This document shows, in pieces, positions 36,004-44,834 of a stretch of 54,885 nt of DNA (position 1 is the first letter of the stretch; every line of letters starts with the position of its first letter). The notes under the pieces were generated by a model that was given only the letters and a program-made list of their open reading frames with translations, ran no database searches and was not told the DNA's origin. The translations under genes and the position numbers were made by a program. The DNA is from an uncultured Verrucomicrobiota bacterium (GTDB lineage: Bacteria; Verrucomicrobiota; Kiritimatiellia; PWTM01). Location of the stretch: positions 1 through 54,885 of the forward strand of contig CAYLTB010000002.1 of assembly GCA_964386675.1 (NCBI GenBank), given 5' to 3'.

Positions 36004-38346
36004 TCAGCCGATCGTTCGTGCCATGCCGGCGACCACGGCTTGGCCGAGCGCTATTACTCCGTCGTTGGGCGGCAGGTCGCGATGGATCAGGACTTCGAAT
36101 CCATCCCGCACCAATGCCGGGACCAGCAACTCGTTCAGCAGCCGGTTCATAAAACAGCCGCCGCCGAGCGCCACGCGCCGCAGGCCCGTGCGGGCCGCAC
36201 CGTAGTCGGCCATCCGGCGAGACGCCGTGGCGACGGCTTCGTGAAAACCGAGTGCGAAAGCCTCCGGATCGTCCGGTGGCGCCTCCGCGAGTTGCGCGAA
36301 CAGCGGCGCCCAATCCACGACGAACAGGCCGTCGCGCTCCGCGGCAACGAACGGGACGGCCTCGGCGCGCGCCGCTCGGCGCGCGAGCGCCTCCAGTCGG
36401 ATGGCGGGCCGGCCGTCATAGGTGGCCGCCCCGTTCGTCGCGCCCAGCGCCGCGGCGACGCTATCGAATACGCGGCCGGCCGCGTGGCTCCACGGCGCGT
36501 TGAGGCCGGAGGCGATCTGGAGTCGCCATACGTCGAACGCGTCCGGTGCAAGGCCCCAGCGGCGCAGCGCGGCCGCGTCCGGTTCGATGCCGGCGGCGAC
36601 GAGCCGCCCGACGAGTTGTCGTCGCGGGTCCAGCGTGGCGGCGTCGCCTCCGGGGAGTGGCGCCGGCGCGAACGTCGCGAGCCGTTCGAAGCCGGCGAAA
36701 TCCGCGCGCAGCAGTTCCGCACCCCAGATGCGGCCATCCGGGCCGTAGCCCGTGCCGTCGAAGACAAGCGCCAGCGCCGTCTCGCGGCCGTGTTCCGCGA
36801 GACACGCGGCGGCGTGCGCGTAGTGGTGCTGCACGGCGATGACCGGCAGACCGCGCGCCGCCGCCCACGCGCGGCCGATCCGGGTTGCGACATAATCCGG
36901 GTGCAAATCCACGGCGGCGACTTCAGGCGAAAGCGCGAGAAACCGCAAAAGCCGGTCCAGCGCGCGTTCCAATCCTTCGATCGCTTCCGGCGTGTCGAGA
37001 TCGCCGAGGTGCGGCGAGAGCACGACTTCATCGCCCGCGCCGAGCGCGATGGTGTTCTTCTGTTGCGCGCCGAACGCCAGCGCCGTACGCGCGAGCGAAC
37101 GGCGCAATGCGACCGGACGTGGCGCCCAGCCGCGGGCGCGGCGCCAGAGTTGCGGTGCGCCGCAGGGCAGTGCGCAGAGCGAATCGTCACACCGCAGTAG
37201 GGTTTCGCGGTCGTGCAAGAGAAAGCCGTCGGCAATGCCGGCGAGTCGTTCCAGCGCCTCCTCGTTGGCGATGGCGATCGGCTCGCCGCCGCGATTGCCG
37301 CTGGTCATCACGAGCCACTCGAACCGGGGCGTCGGATCGCCGTCGAGCGGCTGCGCCAACAGCAGATGCAGCGGCGTTGTAGGCAGCATCACGCCCAGGG
37401 TTCGCGTGTCCGGAGTCAGTGGGAGGGTCGGCAGCCGCGGGTCGGGGTTCGGGAGCAGGTCGAGGATGACGATCGGCGACGCGGGCGATGCCAGCAGCTC
37501 AACGGCGGCCGGCGGTACGACGCAGGACCGGCGCACGATATCGAGCGCGGCGGCCATGACCGCCAGCGGTTTGTGCAGACGGTGCTTTCTATCGCGCAGC
37601 CGCTCGATGGCATCCCGCCGGAAGGCGTCGGCGGCCAGCAGGTAGCCTCCAAGCCCACGCACGGCGACGATGCCGCCGGCGGCGATCAGCGCGCGCGCGG
37701 AGCGCAACGGGTCGCCCGGCGTCTCGCGCCCCGCCGAGTCCCGGAACCGCAAGCGGGGTCCGCAGGCGGGGCAGGCGATGGATTCGGCGTGGAATCGGCG
37801 GTCGGCGGGGTCTCCGTATTCGCGGGCGCAGTCGGCGCACAGGGGGAACGCGTCGAGCGATGTGCGGGCGCGATCGTACGGCATTCCGCGCAGCACCGTG
37901 TACCGCGGACCGCAGGCGGTACAGGTGGTGAAGGCATAGCCGTAACGGCGGTTCGCCGGGTCGAAGACCTCGCGGGCGCAATCGGCGCAGACGGCGAGGT
38001 CGGCGGGAATCACGACGCGGGGCGCGCCCGTTCCGTCGCTCGCGCTGATGAGGAAATCGCGCCGCGCGGGTTGGCGAAGCGCGACGCGCTCCAGCTCGCG
38101 CAGGCCGGTGATCGCGGCCGGGGGCGGCAGCCGGCAGGGCAACGCGGCGAGAAAGTGGTCGAGCGCGTCGGGCGGGCCTTCGAGCACCAGCCGGACGCCG
38201 TCGGGCGCGTTGCGGACCTCGCCGCCGATGCCGGCAGCGGTCGCCAGCCGGTGCAGCGCGGGGCGGAAGCCGACGCCCTGCACGATGCCGTGGAGCGCTA
38301 TCGTTCGCCGTTCCGCGCGGCCGTCGTTGGAATTGCCGCTATGCAT
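36004..38346 (-). CDS. hypF: [NiFe]-hydrogenase maturation carbamoyltransferase HypF
   Basis: Acylphosphatase domain IALHGIVQGVGFRP. Two zinc-finger pairs (CADCAREVFDPANRRYGYAFTTCTACGPRYT and CADCAREYGDPADRRFHAESIACPACGPRL). YrdC-like and Kae1-like C-terminal halves. Start at MHSGNS. Confidence 0.9.
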   Translation of the reverse strand: MHSGNSNDGRAERRTIALHGIVQGVGFRPALHRLATAAGIGGEVRNAPDGVRLVLEGPPDALDHFLAALPCRLPPPAAITGLRELERVALRQPARRDFLISASDGTGAPRVVIPADLAVCADCAREVFDPANRRYGYAFTTCTACGPRYTVLRGMPYDRARTSLDAFPLCADCAREYGDPADRRFHAESIACPACGPRLRFRDSAGRETPGDPLRSARALIAAGGIVAVRGLGGYLLAADAFRRDAIERLRDRKHRLHKPLAVMAAALDIVRRSCVVPPAAVELLASPASPIVILDLLPNPDPRLPTLPLTPDTRTLGVMLPTTPLHLLLAQPLDGDPTPRFEWLVMTSGNRGGEPIAIANEEALERLAGIADGFLLHDRETLLRCDDSLCALPCGAPQLWRRARGWAPRPVALRRSLARTALAFGAQQKNTIALGAGDEVVLSPHLGDLDTPEAIEGLERALDRLLRFLALSPEVAAVDLHPDYVATRIGRAWAAARGLPVIAVQHHYAHAAACLAEHGRETALALVFDGTGYGPDGRIWGAELLRADFAGFERLATFAPAPLPGGDAATLDPRRQLVGRLVAAGIEPDAAALRRWGLAPDAFDVWRLQIASGLNAPWSHAAGRVFDSVAAALGATNGAATYDGRPAIRLEALARRAARAEAVPFVAAERDGLFVVDWAPLFAQLAEAPPDDPEAFALGFHEAVATASRRMADYGAARTGLRRVALGGGCFMNRLLNELLVPALVRDGFEVLIHRDLPPNDGVIALGQAVVAGMARTIG

Positions 38347-38353
38347 TAGCCGA

Positions 38354-38399
38354 TTCCAAAGGTTGAAAACCGCGGGGCCGGTTTTCCCAAGGGTTGGAA
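38354..38399. repeat. Double-dyad repeat, copy B (TTCCAAAGGTTGAAA-N15-TTCCCAAGGGTTGGAA)
   Basis: Begins 8 nt from the hypF start codon. Same order and orientation as copies A and C, slightly degenerate. Confidence 0.75.
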
Positions 38400-38626
38400 A
38401 TAGAACCGGGCTCTTGATCCGAGCCAGGAAAGCGCGCCGGCCGGAACCGGACCCGGACCGGCGCGCAGACGATGCGCGCGCCACTCGCGGAACCGTGGGT
38501 CCTTCACATCGGCGCGTGACGCGCCTCGGCCTGAAGTCGGGGTCATGTGCTCGGGAAACATAGCGCATCGGCGCGGTCCGCGCCGAGCCGGGAAAGCGGA
38601 TCGAGCGGCGCGAAGCGCTCGGCCGC

Positions 38627-38650
38627 GGCGCGCAGGGACGGCGCGCCTTT
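38627..38650 (+). terminator. GC hairpin plus TTT immediately 5' of the group II intron (terminator-like insertion site)
   Basis: GGCGCGC-agggacg-GCGCGCC-TTT, then A, then intron GTGCG at 38652. Confidence 0.45.
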
Positions 38651-38651
38651 A

Positions 38652-40529
38652 GTGCGCCCGTGAGGGTGCTTGGTCAGGGAGGTGCGAGTCCTCCCGCGTC
38701 CGGATTGCCGTCCGGGCGATAGTGGAACGTAACTGCGTTCGTGCGAACGGAGGTGGGGAGCAACGGGAAACGAACAGGTCGTCCGCACGATAAGGAACTC
38801 GATACGGCCAGGCGACGGGGCGAGCCGGCTAGGGAACGAGCGAAGCCTGATTCCGCAGAGCGGGATCGAACGAACACGCTGAACAAAGCACGGCGGAGTG
38901 AAACAAAGCGATGTTCTCCGGCGTCGGGTGGGTGGAGGCGGAAGGCATGGAAGGCCAAGCGCAGTAAGCGGGGATACCCGCCGGGCGATGAAGCGTCGGG
39001 CGGGAGTCAGAGTCGCCATAGTAGCGTGGAACGCCGTGAAAGCGGTGGGAGCGAAGGGCGACAGGGAGGAAGAGACGGAATGGACACAGGCGAGGAAACG
39101 AGATCGGCGCGAGTGCCTGAAAAGGCTATCCCGGACGAAGAAGCCCAGGCCCGGCGGCAACGCTGGGCGTGGGTGGAACCGAGCGTGTGGACAGACCGGA
39201 TGCTGGCGGCCCTGGAAAACGGGGTCCAAAAGGGAAAATGGTTCAGTCGGATCGACAAGGTGCATCGGAAAGCGAACCTGGCCAGCGCGTTTCGAGAAGT
39301 GAAGCGCAACGGCGGCGCGGCGGGGGTGGATCATGTCAGTGTGGCGGCGATCGAGCGCGACCTGGACGGGGAACTGACCCGGTTGAGCGAAGCGTTGCGC
39401 ACCGACACATGGCAACCCCAGGCGGCCCGCCGGGTCTTTATAGATAAGCCCGGCACACGCGAGAAGCGGCCGTTGGGTATCCCGACGGTGCGGGATCGGG
39501 TGTGCGAGGGCGCGGTGCGACACGTCTTGGAACCGATCTTCGAGCCGGTGTTCGATGGGAACAGTTTCGGATTCCGCCCCGGACGCGGCGCGAAAGACGC
39601 GCTGCGGGCGGTGGATCGGGAACTGAAGGCGGGCAACGTCTACGTGGTGGATGCCGACATCAAGCGGTATTTCGACACGATTCCGCACGAACGACGGCTG
39701 GCGCGGGTCAGCGAGCGCATATCCGATGGGCGCGTGATGGCGATGCTGGAAGCGTTACTCAAGCGCGGTGTGCTGGAGGGGCGCGACTGGCAAGCCACGG
39801 AAACCGGGACACCGCAAGGCGGGGTCATCGGTCCGCTGCTGGCGAACGTGTATCTGCACCCGCTGGATCAAGCGATGCGGCGGGCAGGATATACGATGAT
39901 CCGGTGTGCGGACGATCTGGTGATCCTGTGCGTGAAACCGGAAGACGCGGCGGAGGCGCAAGCCCTGCTGAGAGCCTGGGTGGAGGAGCAGGGGCTCGTG
40001 TTGCACCCCGTCAAGACCCGTATCGTCAACCTGAACGAACCGGGACAGGGGTTCGACTTCCTCGGCTACCACGTTGAGCGCACGCGACGCGGGAAACTGG
40101 ATCGGTGGCCCCGGCGTAAAAGCCTGGCCAAACGGAAAACGGACATCCGCGCGGCGATGCATCGGGCCAACGGCAAGAGCCTGCCGGACATCATCGCGAC
40201 GGTCAATCGGACGACACGGGGATGGTACGAATACTTCAAGCACAGCAATATCCAAACGTTCCCCGAATTGGACGGATGGATCCGTGGACGCTTGAGGGCG
40301 ATACTCCGCAAACGGGCGGGCCTGCGAGGGCGCGGACGGGGGCGGGATCATCACCGATGGAACAATGCCTACTTCGCGGCGATGGGGTACTTCAGTCTGA
40401 CCGACACCCGCAGGGCCGCGAGCCAGTCCGCTTGACGGTAAGACTTCCGACTGGAGAGCCGTATGCGGGAAATCCGCCAGTACGGTTCGGAGGGAGGGGA
40501 GACGTTCAAACCGTCTTCCCTACCCCTAT
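38652..40529 (+). mobile_element. Complete bacterial group II intron (about 1.88 kb), compact and most consistent with class C-like
   Basis: 5' GTGCGCCCGTGAGGGTGC.... Domain V at 40456-40488: GAGCCGTATGCGGGAAATCCGCCAGTACGGTTC (AGC triad, 2-nt bulge). Domain VI stem with bulged A (40522) 7 nt before the 3' end ...CCCCTAT. RT/maturase ORF sits in domain IV. Confidence 0.8.
39080..40435 (+). CDS. Group II intron reverse transcriptase/maturase (no En/HNH domain evident)
   Basis: RT blocks: GAAGVDHVS, RRVFIDKPGTREKRPLGIPTVRDRV, FGFRPGRGAKDA, YVVDADIKRYFDTIPH, GTPQGGVIGPLLANVYL, xADD box (CADDLVIL). Maturase X: RGWYEYFKHS. Start taken at MDTGEE. Confidence 0.9.
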   Translation: MDTGEETRSARVPEKAIPDEEAQARRQRWAWVEPSVWTDRMLAALENGVQKGKWFSRIDKVHRKANLASAFREVKRNGGAAGVDHVSVAAIERDLDGELTRLSEALRTDTWQPQAARRVFIDKPGTREKRPLGIPTVRDRVCEGAVRHVLEPIFEPVFDGNSFGFRPGRGAKDALRAVDRELKAGNVYVVDADIKRYFDTIPHERRLARVSERISDGRVMAMLEALLKRGVLEGRDWQATETGTPQGGVIGPLLANVYLHPLDQAMRRAGYTMIRCADDLVILCVKPEDAAEAQALLRAWVEEQGLVLHPVKTRIVNLNEPGQGFDFLGYHVERTRRGKLDRWPRRKSLAKRKTDIRAAMHRANGKSLPDIIATVNRTTRGWYEYFKHSNIQTFPELDGWIRGRLRAILRKRAGLRGRGRGRDHHRWNNAYFAAMGYFSLTDTRRAASQSA

Positions 40530-40667
40530 CCGGTGTTCGCCGGCCGATTCTCCCGAGGCCGACGCCGCGCCGGAGGCATCGAAAGCCTTCGCGCTTGCCG
40601 GGGCCGCGGGCGGGGTTGTATGAGAGCAGCACCGCGCGCGAGGTCGCGCGCGGCGGGGGAACGAGCC

Positions 40668-42587
40668 ATGGAATTGTTCGTGCCGGGGCGGATTTGTCTG
40701 TTCGGCGAGCACACGGACTGGGCGGGCGGCTACCGGCGCATCAATGGCGCGATTGAGCGGGGGCTGGCGATCGTCGTCGGCACCAACCAGGGCATTTACG
40801 CGACGGTCCGTCCGCACCCGAACAAGCTGATCCTCCGCGCGGCGTTGCCCGACGGCACGCGCAAGGGGCCGTTCGAAGCGCCGATGGATCGCGCCCGGCT
40901 GCGCGAAATCGCGGAGGCGGGCGGCTTTTTCAGCTACGCGGCCGGCGTCGCGCACCAGATCCTGACGCACTATCGCGTGCGCGGGTTGGAGATAGACAAC
41001 CACCGGACGGATCTGCCGGTCCAGAAAGGCCTCTCTTCGAGCGCGGCGATCTGCGTGCTGGTCGCGCGCGCGTTCAACCGCCTCTATGACCTGAAGCTCA
41101 CGGTACGCGGCGAGATGGAGTATGCCTACCTGGGCGAGATTACGACGCCCTCGCGCTGCGGGCGGCTCGATCAGGGTTGCGCGTTCGGCAGCCGGCCCAT
41201 TCTGATGACCTTCGACGGCGACCGGCTCGACGTGGCGGAAATCCGCGTCGGCGCGCCGCTGCACTACGTCATCGCCGACCTGAACGCCTTCAAAGACACA
41301 AAGGAGATCCTCAGCAAGCTGAACCGCTGCTATCCGTTCGCCGAGAATGAGCAGCACCGCGCCGCGCAGGAATATCTCGGCCCGATCAGCGCTCGGATCA
41401 CGCGTGCGGCCGCCGAGGCGATCCGCGCCGGCGATCGGGACCGGCTCGGCGCGCTGATGAACGAGGCGCAGGCGGAGTTCGACCGCCACCTCCAGCCGGT
41501 CTGCCCGTCACAGTTGACCGCCCCGGTGCTGCACCGGACGCTGGCGCATCCCGCGCTGCAGCCGCATGTCCTTGGGGGAAAGGGCGTCGGCTCGCAGGGC
41601 GACGGCACGGCGCAGTTCCTCGTGCGCGACGCCGCGGCGCAGGATCGAGTGATTCAGATTCTTCGCGACGAACTCCACATGACGGGCCTCGCCCTGACCA
41701 TCGAGCCGGCGCGACGGCTGCGCAAGGCGGTGATTCCGGCGGCCGGCTTCGGCACCCGGCTGTTTCCGGCGACGAAGGCGGTGAAAAAGGAGTTGTTCCC
41801 GGTCATCGGCCGCGATGGGCGCGCAAAGCCAGCGATTCTGGCGATCGTCGAGGAGGCGCTGGCGGCGGCCGTCGAGGAGGTGGCGATCGTAACGCAGCCG
41901 GGCGACCGCGCGCTGTTTGAGCGTTTCTTCCACGAGCCGCCGCCGATCGAGCACTGGCAGAAGCTCTCCCCCGCCGATCAGGAGTACGCCCGGCAACTGG
42001 CGGATCTGGGCCGCCGGGTGACGGTGGTTGAGCAGGCTCAACAGGAAGGGTTCGGCCACGCCGTCTGGTGCGCGCGCGAGTGGGTCGGCGACGAGCCGTT
42101 CCTGTTGATGCTGGGCGATCACCTCTACGCGTCGGACCTCGCGGCGGCGTGCGCGCGGCAACTGGTCGAGGAATTCGAGCGCACAGGCCGCAGTGTCGTC
42201 GGCCTGGCGACGGCCCCGGTAGCGGAGTCGCGCCACTTCGGTTGCGTCACCGGCGTCTGGGAGTCGGACGGGCGGCTGGCGATCTCGGAGTTCATCGAAA
42301 AGCCGGACCCCGACTACGCACGCGAGCACCTGCGCGTTGAAGGGCTCGAAGATGGCCGCGTGCTGACGCTGTTCGGTCAGTACGCGCTGACGCCGCGGAT
42401 CTTCTCGCTGCTGGATGAAAACATCCGGCGCGGCCTGCGCGAACGCGGCGAGTTTCAGCTCACGTCCTGTCTGGACCGGCTTCGACAGGAGGAGGGATTC
42501 ACCGGCGTGCTCGTGCGCGGCCGCCGGTTCGACCTGGGCGCGCCGGAAGCCTACCGCCGTGCGCTGGCCGCGCTCGGCGGATCGTGA
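40668..42587 (+). CDS. Bifunctional GHMP sugar kinase (galactokinase-like) / UTP-sugar-1-phosphate uridylyltransferase (GalU-like) fusion
   Basis: N-terminal GRICLFGEHTDWAGG and GHMP motif PVQKGLSSSAAICV. C-terminal half has AVIPAAGFGTRLFPATKAVKKELFPV plus a GalU-like core. Confidence 0.8.
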   Translation: MELFVPGRICLFGEHTDWAGGYRRINGAIERGLAIVVGTNQGIYATVRPHPNKLILRAALPDGTRKGPFEAPMDRARLREIAEAGGFFSYAAGVAHQILTHYRVRGLEIDNHRTDLPVQKGLSSSAAICVLVARAFNRLYDLKLTVRGEMEYAYLGEITTPSRCGRLDQGCAFGSRPILMTFDGDRLDVAEIRVGAPLHYVIADLNAFKDTKEILSKLNRCYPFAENEQHRAAQEYLGPISARITRAAAEAIRAGDRDRLGALMNEAQAEFDRHLQPVCPSQLTAPVLHRTLAHPALQPHVLGGKGVGSQGDGTAQFLVRDAAAQDRVIQILRDELHMTGLALTIEPARRLRKAVIPAAGFGTRLFPATKAVKKELFPVIGRDGRAKPAILAIVEEALAAAVEEVAIVTQPGDRALFERFFHEPPPIEHWQKLSPADQEYARQLADLGRRVTVVEQAQQEGFGHAVWCAREWVGDEPFLLMLGDHLYASDLAAACARQLVEEFERTGRSVVGLATAPVAESRHFGCVTGVWESDGRLAISEFIEKPDPDYAREHLRVEGLEDGRVLTLFGQYALTPRIFSLLDENIRRGLRERGEFQLTSCLDRLRQEEGFTGVLVRGRRFDLGAPEAYRRALAALGGS

Positions 42588-42657
42588 CCGGCGTTTTTTC
42601 GGCTTGTTTGGGCGGAAGCGGCGGTCGAGAATGCGGCCGGAAAGGCTGGGCCGAACG

Positions 42658-43092
42658 ATGACGATAAAACGCAACTTGCAAGGCCGCCGCGCCGCCGCAT
42701 TCACGCTGGTCGAGATGCTGGCCGTGATGGCGATCATCGCCATCTTGGCGGGCATCATCGTCGCGGGGAGCTCCTTCATTCAGCGCGAGTCGGACCGCAA
42801 ACGCGCGCGCGCGGGCCTCGAAAAGATCAAGATCGCCCTCGAAGAGTTCCGGGTCCAGCGGGGCAAATATCCGGATCAGACGTTCAACGGTCCCATGACC
42901 AACGCGAACTGGGCTGTGCTTTCGACGATAGCGAAGGACTTTCGGCATCCGGCGGACGCCGAGGATCCCTGGGGCCGCCCCTACTACTACACGAACCGGT
43001 CCCGTTTTTCGTATCTGATTCTCTCGCGCGGTCCGAATGCGGACAATAATGCGACCTGGGACGACATCACCAACGAGCAGGCCGGCGAATAG
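42658..43092 (+). CDS. Type II secretion/type IV pilin-like pseudopilin (GspG-like)
   Basis: Prepilin cleavage/methylation motif AAFTLVEMLAVMAIIAILAGI. Followed by the GspG-like EEFRVQRGKYP...DPWGRPYYY. Start alternatives are 42631 and 42658. Confidence 0.75.
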   Translation: MTIKRNLQGRRAAAFTLVEMLAVMAIIAILAGIIVAGSSFIQRESDRKRARAGLEKIKIALEEFRVQRGKYPDQTFNGPMTNANWAVLSTIAKDFRHPADAEDPWGRPYYYTNRSRFSYLILSRGPNADNNATWDDITNEQAGE

Positions 43093-43151
43093 CGCGGCGG
43101 CCCGCTGCGGAACGGTCTGATATTGCCCGGCGCATCGCGCGCCGACCGGAG

Positions 43152-44246
43152 TCAGAGCCCCTTGAACCGTCCGTGAATCTCCCGCCATCGCGCGGGCGAG
43201 CCCCACATTTCCTTGCAGCGCCGGGCCACGCGGAACAGCCGCGGCACGGCCGGTTCCAGCGGCGGCATCTGGTCGTCCACGAAGCGCCGGAAGGCCTTGA
43301 GGTTGTAACACGGGATGGCGGCGAACATGTGGTGCTCGGTATGGTATTCCATCCGCCAATACAGAAACGACGTCAGCGGATCCAACCGCATGCTGCCGCA
43401 GGAGAGCCGGAAGTCCGGGGTGTTTGCCAGGCACGCCGCATGCTGTTGCAGGCCGGTCAAGAAGCCGAGAACGCCGGCCCCGTAGAACGGCGCGAGCGGG
43501 ACGAGCACGATGAGGAACCAGTGGCCGGCCGCGATGGCTGCGGCGGAGAAGGCGAGCACGAAGACCAGTGAGGCGATCGCATGGCGTCGCACCTGCCGGC
43601 GCTGCTCGTCGCTCGCGCGCTCGAGGATGAAGCGCTCCCAGTTGTCGAGCCGGTAACCGCGTCCTCGCCAGCCGGCGCTGGTCGGCTTCAAGGTGAACAG
43701 GCGGCCCAGATTGTGGATCAGCGCCTTGATTCTCAACACGCGGAAAAACAGATCGAAGATGAGCCGGGGCCGCAGATTGACGTAGTTGGGGACATCCTCG
43801 CCGTCGCTGTTCTCGTAGAGCGTATAGCGGTGATGGTAGCCTTGGTGGCTCAGGCGATACAGATGCGGGTTCTTCGCCCAGTTGAGCAGGCCGAAGAAAG
43901 TCGTGAAGCACACGTTCAGCCATCGGCTGGCGAAGACGGTGTTGTGGCCCAGCTCGTGGAGCGCGGGGCCGAAGAAGCTGTAGAACGTGCCGTGAACGTA
44001 AAGCGCCGCCGCCATCCATCCCCAGCGGCGGTTCAGAAAGGCATAGTAGGCCAACGCGCCGGTCGCGGTCACCAAGGCCAGGAATCCCAGGGTCTGCAGC
44101 AGGCCCCAGAAGTTGCTGCGCCGCGTGAATCGCCGGAGATCCTCCGGGCTGATCTTCACGCGAATCCAGGGCACATCAATGTGCTTCCAGTCCTCAAAGG
44201 GATTCCAAGGGGGCAGACGTTGGTCCTTTTCTCCGGCATTCTTCAT
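43152..44246 (-). CDS. Membrane fatty-acid desaturase family protein
   Basis: Three histidine boxes: HELGHN, HQGYHHRYT, HTEHHMF. TM segments lie between them. Confidence 0.85.
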   Translation of the reverse strand: MKNAGEKDQRLPPWNPFEDWKHIDVPWIRVKISPEDLRRFTRRSNFWGLLQTLGFLALVTATGALAYYAFLNRRWGWMAAALYVHGTFYSFFGPALHELGHNTVFASRWLNVCFTTFFGLLNWAKNPHLYRLSHQGYHHRYTLYENSDGEDVPNYVNLRPRLIFDLFFRVLRIKALIHNLGRLFTLKPTSAGWRGRGYRLDNWERFILERASDEQRRQVRRHAIASLVFVLAFSAAAIAAGHWFLIVLVPLAPFYGAGVLGFLTGLQQHAACLANTPDFRLSCGSMRLDPLTSFLYWRMEYHTEHHMFAAIPCYNLKAFRRFVDDQMPPLEPAVPRLFRVARRCKEMWGSPARWREIHGRFKGL

Positions 44247-44265
44247 GGCGGAAAAGGCGTCGGGT

Positions 44266-44829
44266 CTAGGGTTGGGGCGCGCCGCCGGCGTTCGGCACGA
44301 ACTTCAGCGCCGCGGAGTTGATACAGAAACGAAGCCCCGTCGGCTTCGGGCCGTCGGGGAAAACATGGCCGAGGTGCGCGTCGCACCGGCGGCAGCGCAC
44401 CTCAACGCGCACCATCCCGTGGCTGCGGTCTTCAAGCTGGTCGAGCGCATCCGGCGCGGCAGGTCGGAAGAAACTCGGCCAGCCGGTGCCCGACTCGAAC
44501 TTGTCGTCCGAGCGGAACAAGGGAGCCTCGCAACAAACGCAGTGGTAAATGCCGTTGCCCTTGTGCCGATAGAATTCACCGGTAAAGGCGCATTCCGTGC
44601 CGCCTTGCCGGGTCACTCGGTATTGTTCCGGCGTGAGGATCCGGCGCCACTCCGCATCGGTCTTGACGATCTTGTTCGTGTTCATGACAGGTTGCGCGGA
44701 ACGGGAGACCGAAGGCGGCGCCGCGGGACCCGCGCCCGCGGCGCCACACGCCGTCAACAGGCTCACGCCGAGCCATAGACCACAGACCCCGCGTGCCCTG
44801 TGTCCCTCGGCCGGACGGGGCGCACGCAT
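44266..44829 (-). CDS. msrB: Peptide-methionine (R)-S-oxide reductase MsrB with lipoprotein-type signal peptide
   Basis: SelR core: [36 protein letters not shown]-terminus [11 protein letters not shown] (lipobox-like). Confidence 0.9.
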   Translation of the reverse strand: MRAPRPAEGHRARGVCGLWLGVSLLTACGAAGAGPAAPPSVSRSAQPVMNTNKIVKTDAEWRRILTPEQYRVTRQGGTECAFTGEFYRHKGNGIYHCVCCEAPLFRSDDKFESGTGWPSFFRPAAPDALDQLEDRSHGMVRVEVRCRRCDAHLGHVFPDGPKPTGLRFCINSAALKFVPNAGGAPQP

Positions 44830-44834
44830 CGGGT

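Noticed and set aside
38543-39688. 381-aa minus-strand ORF spanning the 5' half of the group II intron.
   Set aside because: It is antisense to intron domains I-III and to the RT gene, and its composition is not protein-like. The plus-strand RT/maturase motifs explain the region.
44196-44225. A fourth copy of the dyad motif (ATTCCAAGGGGGCAGACGTTGG).
   Set aside because: Only one half-site matches, the symmetric partner is missing, and it lies inside the desaturase coding region (PPWNPFEDW).
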